DNA from: Macrostomum hystrix
Taxonomy: Eukaryota; Animalia; Platyhelminthes
NCBI GenBank assembly: GCA_950097015.1
Contig: CATNEN010000025.1
Location: forward strand, 3,596,001 to 3,660,000
Reading direction: 5' to 3'
Length of the DNA stretch: 64,000 nucleotides
The notes beneath the pieces were generated by a model that worked only from the letters and a program-made list of their open reading frames with translations, was not told where the DNA came from and ran no database searches. The stretch's first letter is position 1. Each line of letters opens with the position of its first letter. The position numbers and the translations under genes are program-made. This document shows positions 60,101 to 64,000 of this stretch, piece after piece.

Positions 60101-61041
60101 CGTGGCGCGGCGAAGTAATAATGTCTAAAAAATTAGATTAAGCCTAAGATAATTTAGTCGAGAGCAATTTAGTAATAAATTAAGTTATTTACCTTCTCCG
60201 ACTTATTTTCTTTCTAAAACATTCTTAAAACTACATCCAGAAAATCCAAAGCTTTGTTAGGTTAGGTGTAACCACCCCAATGTCATTTTATATTTTCGCG
60301 CCATTTTTTCAATTCTGTGTCACTTTCTTCACCTGTAGTCATTTTTTTGAGCCAAACGGCAACTTACCAGCAAATAAATCCACCCAAAATATATTACTGG
60401 TGAATGGGGCTTACCATCTAGTATCTAAAGTTCCTAATTGGGAGAAAAAAGTGCTATCGTCATTTTTATTACGCAAGAAAATATGACACAATCATGCAAC
60501 CTAGAAAATCGACAATGTGACGCATGGTGACGGCCATTATTTTGCGGATGTGTCATGGTCGCTTCATAAGGGGTAGCGGGTGCTAGTGTAGGGGTAGCGA
60601 GTGTTAGTGGAGGGGTAGCGGGTGTTAGTGTAGGGGTAGCGGGTGTTAGTGGAGGGGTAGCGGGTGTTAGTGGAGGGGTAGCGGGTGCTAGTGGAGAGGT
60701 TGGGTGGGGCCAGTGGGCCGGATTCTGGAGCCCTGTGGAACGTATTTGGTGACGTCACCTTCTTTATATATACACACAATAATTTTCTCCTTACCATTCG
60801 CAGCTCGCTGGCTTTGCGCCTGGCCGCCCAGACGGTGCACGGTTCCGGCCGGCTGGCCCTCGAATCTGGCCGGCATCCGGCTGAGCTGCGCGACGCCATC
60901 ACCAGTCCTGGCGGCACTTCAATCGCCGGCCTATGCGAACTGGACACTCGCGGCTTTCGGGCGGCCCTGTGGCACGCCATAATGGCCGCCGCTAAGCGCT
61001 CCGAAGATCTGGGCGTTGCTGAGAAGCGCCACCAGCATTAA
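36170..61041 (+). CDS. PYCR: Pyrroline-5-carboxylate reductase, 291 aa; exons 36170-36290, 36354-36421, 37253-37701, 60804-61041
   Basis: Rossmann motif VGFIGAGRMAQAM, VLSVKPQ, VSVAAGV, IRLMPNTP, TGLSGSGPAF, then GLTR|SLALRLAAQTVHG...TSPGGTSIAGL. All GT-AG junctions are phase-consistent (phases 1, 0, 2); total 876 nt. Confidence 0.94.
36575..36963 (-). mobile_element. SINE family A copy in P5CR intron 2
   Basis: Reverse complement GAGTGGCAGAGCGGTCTAGGCGTTTGCCCCTCGCACTTAAGTCCCTGAGCTCGATTCC..CATTCATTTTGGGGCACAGCCGCGGAGAGAAGGCTTGG..GTACACTGCCTGA aligns with the 6808 copy. Confidence 0.8.
36970..37110 (+). mobile_element. tRNA-derived CORE-like SINE
   Basis: A-box CAGTGGTTAGA and B-box GGTTCGTATC, then TGTGTCCTTAAGCAAGACACTTG...GTCTCAGTTCACCCAGCTGTTAA, resembling the CORE consensus (TGTGACCTTGGGCAAGTTACTT...CTCAGTTTC...CTGTAAA). 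Confidence 0.65.
38055..38655 (+). repeat. Homogeneous 16-bp minisatellite (GATGAGACACACGACA) in P5CR intron 3
   Basis: About 36 near-identical copies; source of the CVSSVVCLICRVSHLS pseudo-ORFs. Confidence 0.95.
38729..43042 (-). mobile_element. Internally deleted BEL/Pao element (gag and protease kept; RT/RNase H and most of integrase lost)
   Basis: 5' LTR 43042-42715 (TGTCG..CGACA); PBS TGGTAGCAGAGCG at 42711 (tRNA-iMet-like); gag ATG at 42668 with FPAFWSSF, knuckles and LIDGGSS; fragments LPHFPV, LLPPDHHLT, VLNSRPLT; truncated 3' LTR 38830-38729. Confidence 0.88.
43495..43685 (-). repeat. 39-bp tandem repeat inside a 177-aa ORF (43320-43853) of unknown status
   Basis: About 5 copies encoding ASAQSGDVVANNA. 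Confidence 0.8.
45669..45945 (+). repeat. 61-bp subterminal tandem repeat of the CACTA element (4.5 copies)
   Basis: Units start at 45669, 45730, 45791, 45852 and 45913; each contains CCAAAT-cgcttc-ATTTGG. Confidence 0.92.
47237..49531 (-). pseudogene. CACTA accessory gene C: multi-exon, basic/repeat N-terminus, coiled coil and BEN-like domain; one apparent premature stop near 48850
   Basis: IRSLLRCLFSDAEFNNSSISGRKS...NPAKI...FKRSFNR|CTETARKR fits the BEN pattern and is completed across a GT-AG intron (47733-47583). 21-bp TAVSAPP repeats at 49120-49340. Upstream exon boundaries are approximate. Confidence 0.62.
50110..50949 (-). CDS. CACTA accessory gene B, 248 aa, unknown function; exons 50949-50467 and 50373-50110
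   Basis: ATG at 50949; donor CAG|GTAAG and acceptor TGTAG|GAA join the two track ORFs in phase 0 without stops. Confidence 0.65.
51449..54578 (-). pseudogene. CACTA (TnpD-like) transposase, frameshifted and with stop codons
   Basis: TFCADG..MCPVYLCVNE, GVWAGKQK, LFDAPARA..FGCDKC, LTYNAHQ..GPL..LFES. The expected second catalytic D (DxMH motif) reads CYLH. Several frame changes; 27-bp SSDEDAAAQ repeats at 53750-54130. Confidence 0.82.
55901..56600 (-). pseudogene. IS630/Tc1-type (DDE_3-like) transposase fragment
   Basis: One frame gives VIYVDETGYNLWTRRTQGRS..*RGPNMSLCLAISS..IVCDRPTFH..LPPYSPFLNPCE, with an in-frame TAG; the N-terminus is missing. Confidence 0.82.
56860..58251 (-). CDS. Crypton-type tyrosine recombinase (DUF3504-like), uninterrupted ORF
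   Basis: YFGTRGREWLRGL (catalytic R), YTGHCIR (HxxR), TGHKATKTVERY (H and Y); core-binding region GTKRQEELYVGMFRHFL..YSPATLVCIRAALFRH. The true start is uncertain. Confidence 0.85.
   Translation of the reverse strand: MKSGPGGVITGMTASEIESHLDWQSVVSIVDELCQSDLATVLPDDMERVFDMVPGTTGPSEEEVAVMQLDDNLKELEKEVEVRGTKRQEELYVGMFRHFLDDYPAIGVSEDLCTKETLNYALRYFYGTRKRRDGNPYSPATLVCIRAALFRHFMRLRTFNIIADPEFYGANETLKAVGRRFFTRGGSVTHFEAIEPADLTRLTSYFDRSTPTRLLQEVYYNTIYYFGTRGREWLRGLTPDSFTFEKGPDGRDVVRFREKKVKNVGKDLDKQSACNVKEAVMTSADSQCPVQCLRMYLQKREECIPSTSSTSSANETAFILKPRLTGFQNTGWFFGKQPLGANALTGMMARIREDAKLSKRYTGHCIRPTVIKQLSTAGYNVADICKVTGHKATKTVERYLRFGSRYVGEMQAMSESLHVSLNAGEPAPKKSCSTEKTQEGSSSNEKIQVVFNFHGQVSNCTIW
58238..58690 (+). 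mobile_element. Possible Harbinger/PIF-like element end with a degraded transposase N-terminus
   Basis: GGGCCCGATTTCATAAAGCGCTT terminus-like sequence and ACAAGT repeats; MSDTEDEE*LAMLARQFPRTFKERINF..FSERFRLRTDHVENLLQI resembles a Harbinger N-terminus. No matching other end was found. Confidence 0.35.
60571..60695 (+). repeat. 21-bp G-rich minisatellite (GGGTAGCGGGTGTTAGTGGAG) near the 3' end of P5CR intron 3
   Basis: About 6 copies; same family as the array at 62655-62975. Confidence 0.9.
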
Positions 61042-61751
61042 CAAATTGAATTGAATTTTTACTGAGTCTTACAGTTGATCTGATGCATTATTTATCATGT
61101 CAGGCTAGTCTCAGTAATTTCATCTATATTTTTACATGTTCGCTAAAACTATATTTAAAGCAGCATGTCTTTTATTGATTGTTGATTTTGGCTGTCGTCA
61201 TCGAAACATTATAGCTTATCATTTAGTCTAGAATCAAATGAGCTGAAATTTTCGTATGCAGTCATAGCGCCTCATCGCAATTAAATAGAAGCCCGGGTGT
61301 AGGTCGAATCCATTTCTATATTAACAGCTATTTGAGTCGGTTGCGTGTCAATTTTTTATAAGTCTACAATTTTTATTGTCTGTTTTCATTCTTAAGAGTC
61401 AAATGTCTATTTTGTTTTTCTTCCTTTTGGTTTTTGTCACCGTCTGGTTAAGAGAACAGCTTTACTCATTTATATTTATAACTTGTCAATTATTTATCGA
61501 TCAAGTCATTCACTATCATTTGCAATTGTGTGATTTGGTTTATAAAGTTTTGAAAGTTTAATTAGAAATCTGTTTGATCGAGGTTATTTTGTTACAGCTG
61601 TGAATTGATCCGAAAGTACTTCCTTGAAATATTTGCTAGTAAGACCTGTGTGATTTTCATTTAGTGTTTGTTATGCATTAAAATTAAATATTCATTTTTC
61701 TTCGTTATATAATCCACGATCAATTAAGTTTATTATCTACACAAGAACGCG

Positions 61752-62043
61752 CAGCAGTTTTATCGGTCCAACAACCCTCTGCCCCAGACCGTACAGCACT
61801 TTTATCGGTCCAACCACCCTCTGCCCCAGACCGTACAGCAGTTTTATCGGTCCAACCACCCTCTGCCCCAGACCGTACAGCAGTTTTATCGGTCCAACCA
61901 CCCTCTGCCCCAGACCGTACAGCAGTTTTATCGGTCCAACCACCCTCTGCCCCAGACCTTACAGCAGTTTTATCGATCCAACCAACGTCTGCCCCAGACC
62001 TTACAGCAGTTTTATCGATCCAACCAACGTCTGCCCTAGACAG
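61752..62043 (+). repeat. 42-bp minisatellite between P5CR and PGPEP1
   Basis: About 7 copies of CAGCAGTTTTATCGGTCCAACCACCCTCTGCCCCAGACCGTA. Confidence 0.92.
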
Positions 62044-62204
62044 TTTGAACTGGCTGTGATTCACTTGCAATTACGTATAAAATGAGAGCAGTCTTTCCTA
62101 TGTATGTCAAATGTTGCACTTTCAGCTTTAGAATTAGCTTCATAATAAAAGCTGAGGCGACACAATAAATAAGTCTTCAAACACACTAAAAGAAAGGCAA
62201 GTCA

Positions 62205-63229
62205 ATGCCCAAGCTGCTAGTGACCGGCTTCGGTCCATTCAGCGCCTGCTCGGTCAATTCTAGCTGGCTATTGGCCCAGGCGGTGCGCGATCGTCTAGCC
62301 AAGACTCAGCCATCCCTAACGGTTGTCGCAGTAGAAATCCCCGTTGAATATGCCATCGTAGCTGACAAAGTCCCGGCCCTCTGGTCAGAGGAGAAGCCAG
62401 ATCTGGTGCTGCACCTGGGCTATTACGGCACTGGTAGGGCATTGCGTATTGAACGTAGGGCTAGGAATTCACCCTACTGCAGGCCGGACTATTGCAATTG
62501 CACATGCGAGCAGGCCTTTGGTCGGTCTGTCTGTCACAAGGATGTCGAGGCGGATGTTGCCTACCGCTGCGGCCTCGATCTTGACCGAGCGGTGGAGGCT
62601 GTCAAGCGAGATTTTCCCAACGGAGAGGTGAGGGGAGAGGTTGAGAGTGGACAGGTAGCGGGTGTTAGTGTAGGGCTAGCGGGTGCTAGTGGAGGGGCAG
62701 CGGGTGGTAGTGAAGGGGCAGCGAGTGGTAGTGAAGGGGTAGCGGGTGGTAGTGAAGGGGTAGCGGGTGGTAGTGAAGGGGCAGCGGGTGGTAGTGGAGG
62801 GGCAGCGGGTGGTAGTGAAGGGGCAGCGGGTGGTAGTGAAGGGGTAGCGGGTGGTAGTGAAGGGGCAGCGGGTGGTAGTGAAGGGGCAGCGGGTGGTAGT
62901 GAAGGGGCAGCGGGTGGTAGTGAAGGGGTGGCGGATGGTAGTGGAGGGGCAGCGGGTGGTAGTGAAGGGGTAGTGAGGGGTAGCATTATGTCGGAACAGC
63001 TAAAGATAGAATCAAGCCCATTCAACACCCAAAGGTGGAGCTGGTAATGTCTGATGACGCCGGGCTCTACCTGTGCGAGTTTATCTACTGCGTTAGCTTG
63101 CACTGCGACGCCAAGCGCTGCGTGTTTGTTCACGTGCCCGACTGCGTTGGAAACGATGATAAACTGCAGCTGCTGTCCGCCGGTCTATGCAGTCTAGTCA
63201 ACGACCTGCTGCGTCAGTTGGAACTTTGA
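62205..63229 (+). CDS. PGPEP1: Pyroglutamyl peptidase I (peptidase C15), 205 aa; exons 62205-62627 and 63035-63229
   Basis: LLVTGFGPF...VNSSW, EIPVEY, DLVLHLG, RIERRARN (Glu), then SDDAGLYLCEFIY (Cys) and FVHVP (His). A phase-0 intron GAG|GTGAG...AAAG|GTG restores normal protein length. Confidence 0.92.
62655..62975 (+). repeat. 21-bp G-rich minisatellite (GGCAGCGGGTGGTAGTGAAGG) filling the PGPEP1 intron
   Basis: About 15 copies; reads GSEGAAG in the frame of exon 1. Confidence 0.92.
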
Positions 63230-64000
63230 TGAGCTGTTTCATCATCATCATTTCATGTGTTGGAAGATTTGTATAAGAGGCCTCTTTATCAGCTATCTGA
63301 TAATTGGCCCCTTTATCTGATAAGTGGTTCAGTTAAATGTATTTTTAAACTCTTGAAGATTACTCTTTATAGATTATAATTACTGCACACATTCACATTA
63401 ATTAAAATGTTTATCTAGGTATAAGCAGTATTGAAATTCCGCAATTATTTCTTACTTGATTAACTAATAAAGAGTCACTAATATTTGCTGATAAATATTG
63501 TTATTAATGATTCTAATTTGCTTATTTGCAAGCATTTTCTTATAATACTATGTTAGTTAATGGCTAAACTTGTTACCATTTTTCAAATGTGTCATGGTTG
63601 GAGGATCAGGTGTAGAACGATTCACGTCACAAATGATGCCCTGAATCTACACGCTTATCATTTCAGTTACATGACTGAATAACTTCCTGAAACTATTTCA
63701 TTCCGAAAATGTTATTGCTGGTGATTTTCTATATCATGGCTGAATTATTGTAGTAAATTTTCATCTCATTCGGACCTCTTTTATCAAAGTTTTAAGTGCA
63801 TATTTTTTGCTGTAGAGTAACCTAGAATATATAATAATTGTAGCTGAGTACATTAATCATGTACTCATAGCAATTCAGAATACTGCCAAACCTCTAGGAT
63901 TACGAAATTCTATCTGATAAGTTTTTGTCTTCTTTGGCTTTCTATATTAAGTGTAAATTTAGCTAATATGAATTGATTTATATATTTAGAACGAAAAAAG

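Noticed and set aside
62205-63047. 280-aa PGPEP1 ORF as the main product
   Set aside because: It lacks the catalytic Cys and His, which are encoded in exon 63035-63229; the spliced 205-aa form fits the family.

Overview
Repeat-rich genomic DNA from an invertebrate animal. A free-living flatworm such as Macrostomum is a guess from gene style and repeat content, not proven. Five spliced host genes can be reconstructed: Lin-28 (+, 5497-7422), HYPK and INSIG (both -, in tandem, 13062-16170), pyrroline-5-carboxylate reductase (+, 36170-61041, with a 23.1-kb third intron) and pyroglutamyl peptidase I (+, 62205-63229). Mobile DNA dominates. A young Ty3/Gypsy element (17989-33647, TSD CTAA, -1 gag-pol frameshift, extra non-env ORF3 behind an internal CCAAT/TATA promoter) has an intact BEL/Pao element (20847-27850, TSD GGTCA) inserted between its protease and RT. 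The P5CR intron holds a deleted BEL element, a 9.9-kb CACTA/CMC element with two accessory genes (one with a BEN-like domain), an IS630/Tc1 fragment, an apparently intact Crypton-type tyrosine recombinase ORF and a Harbinger-like fragment. There are also tRNA-derived SINEs (one CORE-like) and many minisatellites. Best leads: the Gypsy accessory ORF3, a HYPK exon that may take its start codon from a spliced leader, the BEN-like gene in the CACTA element, the Crypton recombinase, and a PAM2-like motif in Gypsy Pol. All calls were made by eye; no searches or alignments were run.
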